Translations under genes and position numbers: made by a program | The notes under the pieces: model-generated | Told to the model about the DNA's origin: nothing | The model's database searches: none | The model's input: the letters and a program-made list of their open reading frames with translations, nothing else | Source: Giardia intestinalis | Taxonomy: Eukaryota | Length of the DNA stretch: 64,000 bases | Strand: one strand, 5' to 3' | Assembly: GCA_000002435.2 (NCBI GenBank) | Contig: CM018793.1 | Shown here: positions 52,053 through 61,477 of the stretch, piece by piece | How positions within the stretch are numbered: position 1 is the first letter of the stretch | How the letters are laid out: each line of letters opens with the position of its first letter

Positions 52053-53447
52053 ATGCAAGGACGTTGCGCTGCATCTGCTCACAAATCTAGCTCTAGTAGG
52101 GCAAAAACCACGGAGCCTACTGCACTCATGTATGCTGTCAGAGAGGGCCGCATTGACACCGTTCGTTTTCTAGCAGAAAAGGAGAGCGGGTATCTTGATG
52201 AGAAAGGAGACACTGCACTCATTATAGCCGCTTGTTCAGGGAACTATGATGCTGTTTCCATCTTAGCACCATTGGAGGCAGGAATCCGTGGCTCGGGTAG
52301 ACAGACAGCCCTCATGCATCTGTCGTCTCTGGGGTGCCCTCCCCATTTGCTTAAGCTACTTATTCATGTAGAAGCAGGTCTTACAGATAACATGGGATGG
52401 ACAGCGCTTATGTTTGCTGCACTATGGGGCCACGTGGAAACGATTTCATGCCTAGCTGATCTTGAAGCCGGCATGCAGGACCAAGATGGGATGACGGCTC
52501 TTATGCACGCAACCTCGAAGAGGAGACATGCTGCTGTCGAATATCTGCTAACACACTGCAAGGAAAAGGAGGTGGGCCGACAGAATAGCTTGGGGAGAAC
52601 TGCACTCATGATTGCCGCTACACTGGAAGGTCCAGAAAGCTACACAATTGTACAAGCGTTAGCTCCACAGGAAGCAAGAATGAAAGATCAAAATGGGATG
52701 ACTGCATTGATGTTGGCAATAAGGTGCAACATCGAGAGTAACACTGAGATCTTAGTGTATCTTGCTCAGTTAGAGGCCGGAATCCAAGACAAGGACGGGA
52801 TGACTGCGCTTATGCACGCTTGCTTGCGTGGAAATGGCACAGCTCTTGAGGTGTTAGCAAGGAGTGAGATAGGAATCTTGGATAGGCGTGGGTACTGTGC
52901 TCTAAACTACTGCATAGAAAATTACAAGGTCACGTTCTACCCCTATCTCGTCTCAGAACTAGATGTAATCTCCAGGCTTAACCCCTACAAACAGCTATTC
53001 AGCAGAAGGACGCTGTTGATTGACCTTGTCTTTCTTAGCTCACACTACAAGATTGCAAACCTGATAAAACGTTGGCTACATGTCATTGTCGTAAAGCTTA
53101 GTGATGTGGTCCATTTCGATACGACCGTTGAGCCTGCTATACTGGACTTCTCCATCTATGCGTTGATCGAGCTCTTGCTCAACTATTACATAGATAGCGC
53201 ACCCATTACCATTAACGACCTTTTGCGTAGCTATGATGAGCTGTTAGATACCGTCCTAGAGGCACACTTACACACCGTATGTAGCGTTTGCCTAGATTGT
53301 TTTGCGTCAGTCATCCATCTTCCATGCCGGCACATGGCCATGTGCAGCAAGTGCCACGAGCAAAATGAACAGTTGAGAGGCAAATGTGTAATTTGCAAGT
53401 CGATTGTTAAAGATTCTATTGTTCTCTCTCTGCATAGATGTGAATAA
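52053..53447 (+). CDS. Ankyrin-repeat protein with a C-terminal C3HC4 RING finger (CSVCLDCFASVIHLPCRHMAMCSKCHEQNEQLRGKCVICK), a 21.1-family-like putative E3 ligase. The start may instead be the second Met (MYAVREG).
   Basis: At least six ankyrin repeats (TALM.AA..G....V..L...EAG..D..G.TALM) followed by a C-x2-C-x(11)-C-x-H-x2-C-x2-C-x(9)-C-x2-C spacing. Confidence 0.85.
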   Translation: MQGRCAASAHKSSSSRAKTTEPTALMYAVREGRIDTVRFLAEKESGYLDEKGDTALIIAACSGNYDAVSILAPLEAGIRGSGRQTALMHLSSLGCPPHLLKLLIHVEAGLTDNMGWTALMFAALWGHVETISCLADLEAGMQDQDGMTALMHATSKRRHAAVEYLLTHCKEKEVGRQNSLGRTALMIAATLEGPESYTIVQALAPQEARMKDQNGMTALMLAIRCNIESNTEILVYLAQLEAGIQDKDGMTALMHACLRGNGTALEVLARSEIGILDRRGYCALNYCIENYKVTFYPYLVSELDVISRLNPYKQLFSRRTLLIDLVFLSSHYKIANLIKRWLHVIVVKLSDVVHFDTTVEPAILDFSIYALIELLLNYYIDSAPITINDLLRSYDELLDTVLEAHLHTVCSVCLDCFASVIHLPCRHMAMCSKCHEQNEQLRGKCVICKSIVKDSIVLSLHRCE

Positions 53448-53514
53448 CCATTTTATGTATTGCAGGTCAAACGAGTAACGTGCGTGTTGGGGCTGTCTTG
53501 CTGCAAAATTAAAA

Positions 53515-55983
53515 ATGTTTCCTCTGTTGCCACGCTATGTGCGGGGATCACAGAACGTCACACAGGGTATATCCATGCTCTATGTGCTTAAAGACTCCAA
53601 GAAAAAGAGTGCCATGGGATCCGTGTCTACTGTGCAACTGACTCCATCCAAGCGCGGAAAGAATATGATTGCCGTCTCCACTGTCAATGACAAAGAGTGG
53701 CACGGTAGACTTAACGAGTTCAACTATTACACCTACAATACATACCTCAAGTCCGAGGTGGATGCTCAGATTGCAGGGGTTGTCACTGAGACTTGTAGGT
53801 ACGGCCTCCCTTTTACTTTCTTCACTCCCTTGATAGTCTGCAACAATGAGATCTCCAATCTGATTGTGCCATACGAACAATATTTCAAAGACCTTATATC
53901 AGAGGTAAAGTCTGTGACCTTCACAGCTCTTGGGCTTAAGAACGGAGGCATTGTAGATATAGGTAAGCACATTACCGACAAAAATCCATCAAAGCAACCA
54001 GTCCCCGTGTCCCTAACGTTCAATTTGGCCGGAGAGATCGATTTTTCTCCCAAGCTGTATCTAACGGAATTTAGGGAATTGCACAAGACTCGTAGCAAGT
54101 GCACCTCTTACACGGAGAGGATGTCTGCCCTCAAAAACTATATCATAAAGACTGACGATCTTACTTGTGTTATTCTGACTTACACGAGCTGGGTTGACAA
54201 CGCATCGCATATCTACCCAGAGGGGCGCTGCGAGATGGTTCATACCTTTGTTGTCCCCATATTTAGGGACGAAGATAAGTTTTGGAAAGAAAATTTCCGA
54301 ACGACTTATAATCCATACGATCTTGACTCTGTGCAAAAGAAGTTTGATTTGGAGTCTCCCGCTATAGCGGAGAAAGTTTTCATGGCGCAGTATGTCCACT
54401 CGGGGAAAGGATACTTCAATGACGACTCTCAAAGGTTTATGCCCAAAACGTCTGGCAAGGAGAAGCCAGCGAAGGTTCCCAAAGCCACTCCAAGAAGCTC
54501 AGCTCAACCTTCTGACGGTCATGGTGAGTATTCCAAGCTCACAGCCTTCCAAGCCGACTACAATTCTCTTCTTTACGCCCCTGAAAATGTTCTGACCAGC
54601 GACCACTTTAAGCCGAGCACTGCTGCAGAGTATGTGCTGTTCTCGACTCCATGCGCATCAGTGAAGGTCCTTTACAAGTATCTCTACCTTCGTGAAGCCC
54701 TCACAGCCGCTATTATGATACTTCCAGAACGCTTTCAATGCTCCCCAGGTACCGTTTTGGCAGCCATTTCCTTTGTGGGACATGTGCAGTACACCAAATG
54801 CCTCAATCATCGTGGGTACAACACTATGGACTTGGTCGGTGGGCAACGTGCTATGTTTATGGCCCACCATTTGAAGGTCGACCCTAACTTCTTGTTCACT
54901 GCTGACAACTCTTCGCGTGCAGAGACCTTTGAGCTTGTTACAGAAAGTGGTGGATCCCTCGTAGTCAAGTTGGAGCGTTTCGATAACTGTACTCTTGTCG
55001 ATGAAACAGAGGACATCCCTGTTTTTGAGGGAGATGGCACGTTCGTTGAAGATCAAGACGATGATGATAAGGATAGCGTGACTATTGAAGACTCGATAAA
55101 GTCTAAGCCACCTGCTAAACCGGTGGTGTATGCGACTGCGGCACCCACCAGTACTGGCTCGAATAATGACCTCATAGTAGCAGATCTGCAAGCACAACTT
55201 GATGCAAAAGACAAGCTTATAACTGTTAGCGCAGAGAACATGAAGGCGGTAGAGTTGGAGAACAAGCGTCTCTGTGAAGAAATAGCCGATTTGCAGAAGA
55301 AGCTTGGAATCCCTCAAACGTATGAAGGCCGCGACCACGCGGATAATACATTTAGCGAAATGAATCCTGCATCTTTGTCACAGATTACATCGGGTCTAGG
55401 AACACAACGTGACGAGCTGCTGAACGACATTGATAAGGAAATCCAGGATCTCATCACCATGTCCAGGCGTAGAGACAATGAGATCACGGCGCTATCTGCT
55501 CAGGTGGAGCACGGAGGAGACACAGACTCCTTGGTCAAAGAGTACTTGGATCGCAATAAGGCACTCGAAGAAAAGCTCATCTCTACTGAGCAGGAGCTCG
55601 GAAACCAGAAGAAGTCATTAGAGACGGAGCGCGAGGCTAACAAGAAGCTGCAGCGACTTCTTGATGACCTCAAGGCTGGAGACGATAAGGGTAAAGGAGG
55701 TGGGAAGTCTGTAGATGAAGCTGCACTTCAGAAGCTCCGCATTCAATACGAAAACCAGATGGTTAACCTTAAGAAGGAGAACCTTGAAAAGGTTCAAGCT
55801 CTCCACGTAGAGATACAAAGACTACGCAGCACCCACGAGGCTAAGATGCACGAAGCCAAGAAGCACTATGAGGAGGAGCGCAACAAGGAGCTGCGATCTC
55901 TTAAGCGTCGCGCCGAGGAGGACTTCATGGCCAAGCTTACTGAGATCAAACTAAAGATCAAGGAAGCTTTTGCTCGACATTAG
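53515..55983 (+). CDS. Hypothetical protein (822 aa) with a globular N-terminal domain of about 500 aa and a C-terminal coiled-coil. It is paralogous to the next gene.
   Basis: Initiator aaaattaaaaATGttt. Shares PIFR..D.FW.EN....(Y/F)......(D/E)......(F/Y)DL.S, a collinear coiled-coil, and the ending KL.EIKLK(I/V)KEA with 56086..58527. Confidence 0.8.
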   Translation: MFPLLPRYVRGSQNVTQGISMLYVLKDSKKKSAMGSVSTVQLTPSKRGKNMIAVSTVNDKEWHGRLNEFNYYTYNTYLKSEVDAQIAGVVTETCRYGLPFTFFTPLIVCNNEISNLIVPYEQYFKDLISEVKSVTFTALGLKNGGIVDIGKHITDKNPSKQPVPVSLTFNLAGEIDFSPKLYLTEFRELHKTRSKCTSYTERMSALKNYIIKTDDLTCVILTYTSWVDNASHIYPEGRCEMVHTFVVPIFRDEDKFWKENFRTTYNPYDLDSVQKKFDLESPAIAEKVFMAQYVHSGKGYFNDDSQRFMPKTSGKEKPAKVPKATPRSSAQPSDGHGEYSKLTAFQADYNSLLYAPENVLTSDHFKPSTAAEYVLFSTPCASVKVLYKYLYLREALTAAIMILPERFQCSPGTVLAAISFVGHVQYTKCLNHRGYNTMDLVGGQRAMFMAHHLKVDPNFLFTADNSSRAETFELVTESGGSLVVKLERFDNCTLVDETEDIPVFEGDGTFVEDQDDDDKDSVTIEDSIKSKPPAKPVVYATAAPTSTGSNNDLIVADLQAQLDAKDKLITVSAENMKAVELENKRLCEEIADLQKKLGIPQTYEGRDHADNTFSEMNPASLSQITSGLGTQRDELLNDIDKEIQDLITMSRRRDNEITALSAQVEHGGDTDSLVKEYLDRNKALEEKLISTEQELGNQKKSLETEREANKKLQRLLDDLKAGDDKGKGGGKSVDEAALQKLRIQYENQMVNLKKENLEKVQALHVEIQRLRSTHEAKMHEAKKHYEEERNKELRSLKRRAEEDFMAKLTEIKLKIKEAFARH

Positions 55984-56085
55984 TGCTAATAGTTTAGACG
56001 CGTACTTGTTAATTTCCTATTATCTAACGCGTACTTTTCGAAATCCTAGTAAATTAGTGAGTCCCCTTTCTGCCTCACAAAAAAG

Positions 56086-58527
56086 ATGAGCCAGCACACG
56101 GCACGGGCCTTTTCGGCCACCCTCGCCAGTGACCATGAAGGTATGCCTGGCGTGTCCCTCTTCATGACATATTCAGTTGATAAGTCCACTTTACCGCCAT
56201 CGATACTAGATAACATCACCGTCCACTCTGACGAAAACAAGGAAACGGAGCTTATTGCCAACTCCACCCGTCTCGCATTTACGCCCACGCTAGGACAATG
56301 GCACGGCTCGGAACGGGAACTGAGTACAGCTGCAGAGCTATATTTCACAGAGATAATCCGCACTGTTGTTGCCGGGGTTACGCCCTTAACTATTGTCGTC
56401 CCCCTTCTATTTGAAAAGGGTGTAATGGTTAGTTCTTACAATCCTATTTGCAGCCTGCCTCAAGTGTTAAAGGTGACAGAAGCCACCGAGTTCGCATTTT
56501 CAGCTGTTTGCTTTATGAGCGGTAAGGCATATGACATGCATGATACTATCTCTACTACCTCTATGGCAACACCTACAGAGTTAAGCGTTTCAGTTGGGCT
56601 CACAGGAGAGGTGGTTTACAATCCTGCTCCTAGAAAGATTAGTGCAGCTGTCAAAGATTGTGCATCTGGCACCAATGACTTTCTAACTGAATACTCAAAG
56701 ATGATGACCTATCTCTTAAGCTACGTGTCACATAACTCTAGCATTTCCGCGATTGCAATCCACGTTCATTTGGACGGACTACCACACATCCTGGTCAAAA
56801 GCGTACCATGTAGAATGAATATTTCGTTTATATCCCCTATTTTTAGGTCTGGAGACTCCTTCTGGGAAGAAAATCTATCTACAGACTTTCCTGCCGATGA
56901 TATTGAAAGAGCATCGAAGCGTTACGACCTCGGAAGCATGAGTGTACTAGACAACCTTGCGTTGGCATGCTATGTTAACTATGGACGCTTGTTTTTTAGC
57001 TCTAAATCAGCTCCTGACACTCTTCCAACCTGCGCATATCAGCAATACGCAGCGTGGACGCTTTCACGGATCCCATCTCTGGACTTCCATAGGGACCAAG
57101 GTTGTAGCACCTCTGAATCCACTAATACACAGCTCATTACTAGGACTGACCATTCTAATGCAGGTGGTCTTGTCGACCCATGCTCAGATGTGCTAAAAAT
57201 ATGGCAGAATGCAGGCAACAGTGCAGGAAAGTCGAGAGATTATAGCTACAATTCTACCAGATGGAGGCAGATAGATAAGGAGTTCGTCTTGAAGTCTTTT
57301 TCCCTACAGGATTACATTTCAACAAAAACACTATCTGCGCTTGCGAAAGTGCTACACGAGCATCTCTTTCTTCGAACCTCTCGTGTCCTTGCGTGGGTTG
57401 CTCTGCCATCCGAATTCCTCTTTACCAAGGCCTCTGCCATTGCTATGTTTAGTTTTGTTGCTGGAATCCAGCGAGGATACTGTGTCCAGAGGCCTACGTA
57501 TTTAACTCGTGAGGCAGAGCTAGCTGATAGAATTCGCTACGTCCTAAACGAACTGCACACCCTTGAAACCATGACAAGGAAGAGCAATCCACTAAATCAG
57601 AACTCCGAATCAGACTTTGAATCATGTCCGAGCCGCGCAGTTCTCTACTCAAATATTCCCAATCCAGAGGTCCGTAAATTGCTCGAGCAAAAAGATAACC
57701 TTATCGATAAACTAGAAGATTGTATCAAAGCGTTGGAAAGCGACAATGCTCAGCTTCGGCAGGATATTTTGGCGTCCAATAACAACAAGGATCAACCATC
57801 CTCGTTCTTTGACTCAATTTTTGTTGAAGATAGCTCCATGTTGGCTCACGAAAAGAACGATCTCGTGAATGATATAGACACAGAGCTAAAGAATCTCATG
57901 GAGCAGCATCTGCTCAACAAGCAGCAACTGAACGACCTCCAGAAGTTGGCAGCAGGAGAAGGATCAGCTCAGCTACTAGAGAAACTTCAAGGAGAGGTAA
58001 ACGCAGCAAACGCCAAGATAAAGCTTCTAGAGACAGAACTACGTAATTCTCAGACAGCACTATACGCCGAGCAGGACTCGTGCTCTCGCCTTAAAAGAGA
58101 GACGGAAGACTTGGTGGCCCAACTAGAGCGCGCCGGACGCCTAGCGCTTGTTACCTCGCCGACAAAAAGCACTAGAGTAGGGTCACAGTTACCACCAGTA
58201 CTTCCACAGATCATTGTACCCTCAGCCGCAAACTACACAGAGGATGACGTCCGGAGTATAAGACAAGAGTATGAAAACAAAATCTACGGTCTTAAAGAGC
58301 AACGCCTTATGGATATGGCTGCTCACAGAGCTGAGGTGGATGCTCTCAAGAAAGCGCATGCTGATCAGCTTGAGTCCTTCAGACAAGCCGTGAAGAACAG
58401 ATATGCAAAAGAAAGGGACAGAGAATATGCCAAGATGAAGAAGCAGCTAGAGAGCGACTATATGCTGAAGCTTAAAGAAATAAAGCTGAAGGTCAAAGAG
58501 GCGATGCTTGGAGGTGTGAACATGTGA
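56086..58527 (+). CDS. Paralogue of the preceding gene (813 aa) with the same N-terminal domain plus coiled-coil architecture.
   Basis: Initiator cacaaaaaagATGagc. Collinear similarity to 53515..55983 over the whole length. Confidence 0.8.
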   Translation: MSQHTARAFSATLASDHEGMPGVSLFMTYSVDKSTLPPSILDNITVHSDENKETELIANSTRLAFTPTLGQWHGSERELSTAAELYFTEIIRTVVAGVTPLTIVVPLLFEKGVMVSSYNPICSLPQVLKVTEATEFAFSAVCFMSGKAYDMHDTISTTSMATPTELSVSVGLTGEVVYNPAPRKISAAVKDCASGTNDFLTEYSKMMTYLLSYVSHNSSISAIAIHVHLDGLPHILVKSVPCRMNISFISPIFRSGDSFWEENLSTDFPADDIERASKRYDLGSMSVLDNLALACYVNYGRLFFSSKSAPDTLPTCAYQQYAAWTLSRIPSLDFHRDQGCSTSESTNTQLITRTDHSNAGGLVDPCSDVLKIWQNAGNSAGKSRDYSYNSTRWRQIDKEFVLKSFSLQDYISTKTLSALAKVLHEHLFLRTSRVLAWVALPSEFLFTKASAIAMFSFVAGIQRGYCVQRPTYLTREAELADRIRYVLNELHTLETMTRKSNPLNQNSESDFESCPSRAVLYSNIPNPEVRKLLEQKDNLIDKLEDCIKALESDNAQLRQDILASNNNKDQPSSFFDSIFVEDSSMLAHEKNDLVNDIDTELKNLMEQHLLNKQQLNDLQKLAAGEGSAQLLEKLQGEVNAANAKIKLLETELRNSQTALYAEQDSCSRLKRETEDLVAQLERAGRLALVTSPTKSTRVGSQLPPVLPQIIVPSAANYTEDDVRSIRQEYENKIYGLKEQRLMDMAAHRAEVDALKKAHADQLESFRQAVKNRYAKERDREYAKMKKQLESDYMLKLKEIKLKVKEAMLGGVNM

Positions 58528-58549
58528 TTTAGTGACTGCCTAGAGTCAC

Positions 58550-61474
58550 TCAATGCTTAGAGTATGCTCTACATAGAATGTCCCAATAGTGACGCGTTCT
58601 TCCAATTTCATACTCTTTAATGTGAGAAGCATGTAGTAGGCCTACCTCTTCTGCAGTCAAGTAAATGCTAAGGGCCATATCATATATGTTCGTCTGGTTC
58701 AGATGTCTGACGGTCATGCTTTGCATTAGCCATTCCGTTGGTGACTCTGGTAGCACGACAAATCTAGGCCTGAACGAGCCCACAATCTTTTCCGAAAGGC
58801 ACTGAAAAGTATATTCTATAGTGTTTGCAGAAAGTACAAGGTACGAGGCCTTAGAGTAGAAGTATTTTGAACCATACTTTTCGGTAAGAAAACGGATGGA
58901 TGGAGAGCTCATTACATGTTGTACCATGCTGGTGGGTATAGAGGGAGGTGTGGACGACTCACTATCAGAGAGGACCAAGGATGGCACAACGATAAGCTCG
59001 CTGAAGCAGTGTCGTAACTGAAAAGAGTAAGGCGACGTACTTGCGGCGGAGAGGTCGGACTTGTCGTACCTTCGTGCGTCATCCGTATGGTCAATACTGC
59101 ACATATATTTTTCTGTTAGAAGCAGAAAGTAGTCATCAATTTCATTTAGCGGAGAATAGGTGTCTTTGCTCTGTGATTTAGACTGTGTAATATGTGTATT
59201 AATCTTCGTCTTAGAAGCTAGCTTGTTCCTATTTGCGGATTGGGAGATGGCAAGATTTCGATCTGCAAAGGCCAGCCTCCCCATATTGCTAGACGTTACT
59301 TTGGGAATATCATAGGCAATTCGAGCCTTTGACGGGCTCACGATACTTCTGGTAAGGATATTGTGAACTAAGGAAGCAGAATCTGTTGTAAGATTTTCTT
59401 TGGAGCTCGTTCTTTTAGATAACCTTGAATCTTTTTCTGTGAACGAAGAACGCATGGCATTATTGGAAATACTAGCTAAATCTAAGTCATTATTTGTGTT
59501 GAATCGTGATTGCAAGTCAAGTACAGGCGACGTCCAACGAAATCTGCACTCGCTTATACGTCTAATTCTCGTACGCTGTTCTAACCGGTCGTGTGCATTA
59601 AAGAACTTGAAAGCAAGACTACGAGGCGATGCTGCACGAGAAATCATGTTTCCCCGACTATGTGTGCATACTAGTTTGCTTTGCAATGACGGAACGTTAT
59701 TTATATGCTCGTTAAGAATCATTGTGACCGTTGCAGGATCTGAGTAGTCAATTTTCCTGCTCTCTAGTTCTGAGATTGGTAGACGTAAGCTCAGCTTAAA
59801 CCGTTCAGTGTTCGATAGTCGTCTGCCGTTCGGATGCATTCCCTTGATGATGAGATCCAAGTCTTCCTGACAATATCGTGGTGCATATACATTAAATTTT
59901 ACATACTTATCAACGGAATCACTGGATTGATGGGTGCTCGGGACGATACCTAGGAGCTTTTCTGTAATGTCCTCGATCATCTGGTGTTTAGCTGCCATCT
60001 GCGAAAAGTCCTTTGTATCTAGAGCGGAAGACAGTTCGGGGCTATCTTTCAATCTCTTCTTGTTAACATAGTCTTTGTACAGAGTAGTCTTCAGCCCATA
60101 GTCGTTCGAACTCTTTAGGCGTGTTTTGGATCCATTCTGAGTAGAGGGTCTGGGCATTTGCGGTGGAACTTTTGAGGGGCCAGGCACGCGCATATCTAGA
60201 TCTCTGACAAGCTTAGTTCGTGCACTCTCATCTAGTACTCTGTTAATATTGTTGATAAGTTTATCTTCCAACACTGTCGCAGTATACTGGAAAATCCCGC
60301 CTCCGTATGCCAGAGCAGCAGCAAAGATAGCAAATGCTACTTGTTCTATTGAATCTCCCATGAATAGGGTTTGCCTATTGAGATTGATCTTTCTAGAAGA
60401 AAAAAGTTCATTCAGGAGCTCTCTATGCTCCTGTAGCTGCTTATCATCGTCTACATCTTCGAGTCTCTCGTGGCTCACCGACTCGTTACTATGGACGCTA
60501 CCAGGCGTAGTAGTGGCAGTAGCAGAGTCATCGGCAGAATACTCGCATTGAGAGGGCTCTGAAGATTTGCCAGGAAGCAAGCGTGGCATAAAGATGGGTA
60601 CACCACTGCGATCCAGAAAGCAAGTGTATGGCAGGATGTGGACGATGGCAGGCGGATCTTCGTCGCGCACAGTGGTGTCAAAGACTCTGCTAGCAGGAGG
60701 CGATGTAGAGCGGAGATATTGCAACTGTTGGAGTGTTCGTGGGGGGTCCAAGTTTTCTGTGTCAAAGATGCTATAGTATAACAGTCTATTCTTCTTCCTT
60801 TGCTCAATATATTTCTTATGCTTTAGGGCTTCTTGCTTCTCAAGCTTGTTGTCCATTAGTTGATCCTTGAAACGGTGTGTCGCATGATGGAAAAGCTTCC
60901 TTATTCCTGGTTCGTCACGCGTTCCAACGTAAACAAGTTGCGTAAACACAAAGGGTTTCTGCTTGTATGCCTTTGTGGCCTTAACGCCAGTGAAGAAGAG
61001 CTCCAAATCATGAGGGGAGTAGTACATATAATGATCCGCCCAGATGTTCGCTTCTCTAAAGGTCCCCTTCTTCGAAGGGGCTCCTTGCTCAGTAGGAAGG
61101 CCCTGCATAGACCAGTCCTTGCAGTTTCCGGCAAGGAGAGATACAGTACGTATCTGGTGATACTGCAACTGCCACCAAACTCTGTATATGTGCAAGCTCG
61201 ATGTGGTGTCTTGATAAAGTATTATCGACTGGGTTGAGAGAAGGCCCTGGGAGCCTGTCCACTTGCAAAATTCCGAGACAGGAGGAACGGGTGCTTGGGG
61301 GTAGAGATCTGCTGTGCACACAAGGGGACGCGCCGAGGGGATGTGTGCTTGCAGAAAGCTATCCAGGTTTTCGCCCAAACAGTTTGGTTGTGGTTCTGTA
61401 CAACAAAAAACAGTGACTCGTCTATTAATTACTGCTTCGTAAAGCCATTTAGGGGTAACAAGCAAGGGGTTCAT
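58550..61474 (-). CDS. Hypothetical protein of 974 aa with no motif I recognise.
   Basis: ATG at 61474 on the minus strand, preceded by cgaaaagtaaaatATGaac, a strong AT-rich initiator. A 2.9-kb ORF. Confidence 0.75.
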   Translation of the reverse strand: MNPLLVTPKWLYEAVINRRVTVFCCTEPQPNCLGENLDSFLQAHIPSARPLVCTADLYPQAPVPPVSEFCKWTGSQGLLSTQSIILYQDTTSSLHIYRVWWQLQYHQIRTVSLLAGNCKDWSMQGLPTEQGAPSKKGTFREANIWADHYMYYSPHDLELFFTGVKATKAYKQKPFVFTQLVYVGTRDEPGIRKLFHHATHRFKDQLMDNKLEKQEALKHKKYIEQRKKNRLLYYSIFDTENLDPPRTLQQLQYLRSTSPPASRVFDTTVRDEDPPAIVHILPYTCFLDRSGVPIFMPRLLPGKSSEPSQCEYSADDSATATTTPGSVHSNESVSHERLEDVDDDKQLQEHRELLNELFSSRKINLNRQTLFMGDSIEQVAFAIFAAALAYGGGIFQYTATVLEDKLINNINRVLDESARTKLVRDLDMRVPGPSKVPPQMPRPSTQNGSKTRLKSSNDYGLKTTLYKDYVNKKRLKDSPELSSALDTKDFSQMAAKHQMIEDITEKLLGIVPSTHQSSDSVDKYVKFNVYAPRYCQEDLDLIIKGMHPNGRRLSNTERFKLSLRLPISELESRKIDYSDPATVTMILNEHINNVPSLQSKLVCTHSRGNMISRAASPRSLAFKFFNAHDRLEQRTRIRRISECRFRWTSPVLDLQSRFNTNNDLDLASISNNAMRSSFTEKDSRLSKRTSSKENLTTDSASLVHNILTRSIVSPSKARIAYDIPKVTSSNMGRLAFADRNLAISQSANRNKLASKTKINTHITQSKSQSKDTYSPLNEIDDYFLLLTEKYMCSIDHTDDARRYDKSDLSAASTSPYSFQLRHCFSELIVVPSLVLSDSESSTPPSIPTSMVQHVMSSPSIRFLTEKYGSKYFYSKASYLVLSANTIEYTFQCLSEKIVGSFRPRFVVLPESPTEWLMQSMTVRHLNQTNIYDMALSIYLTAEEVGLLHASHIKEYEIGRTRHYWDILCRAYSKH

Positions 61475-61477
61475 ATT

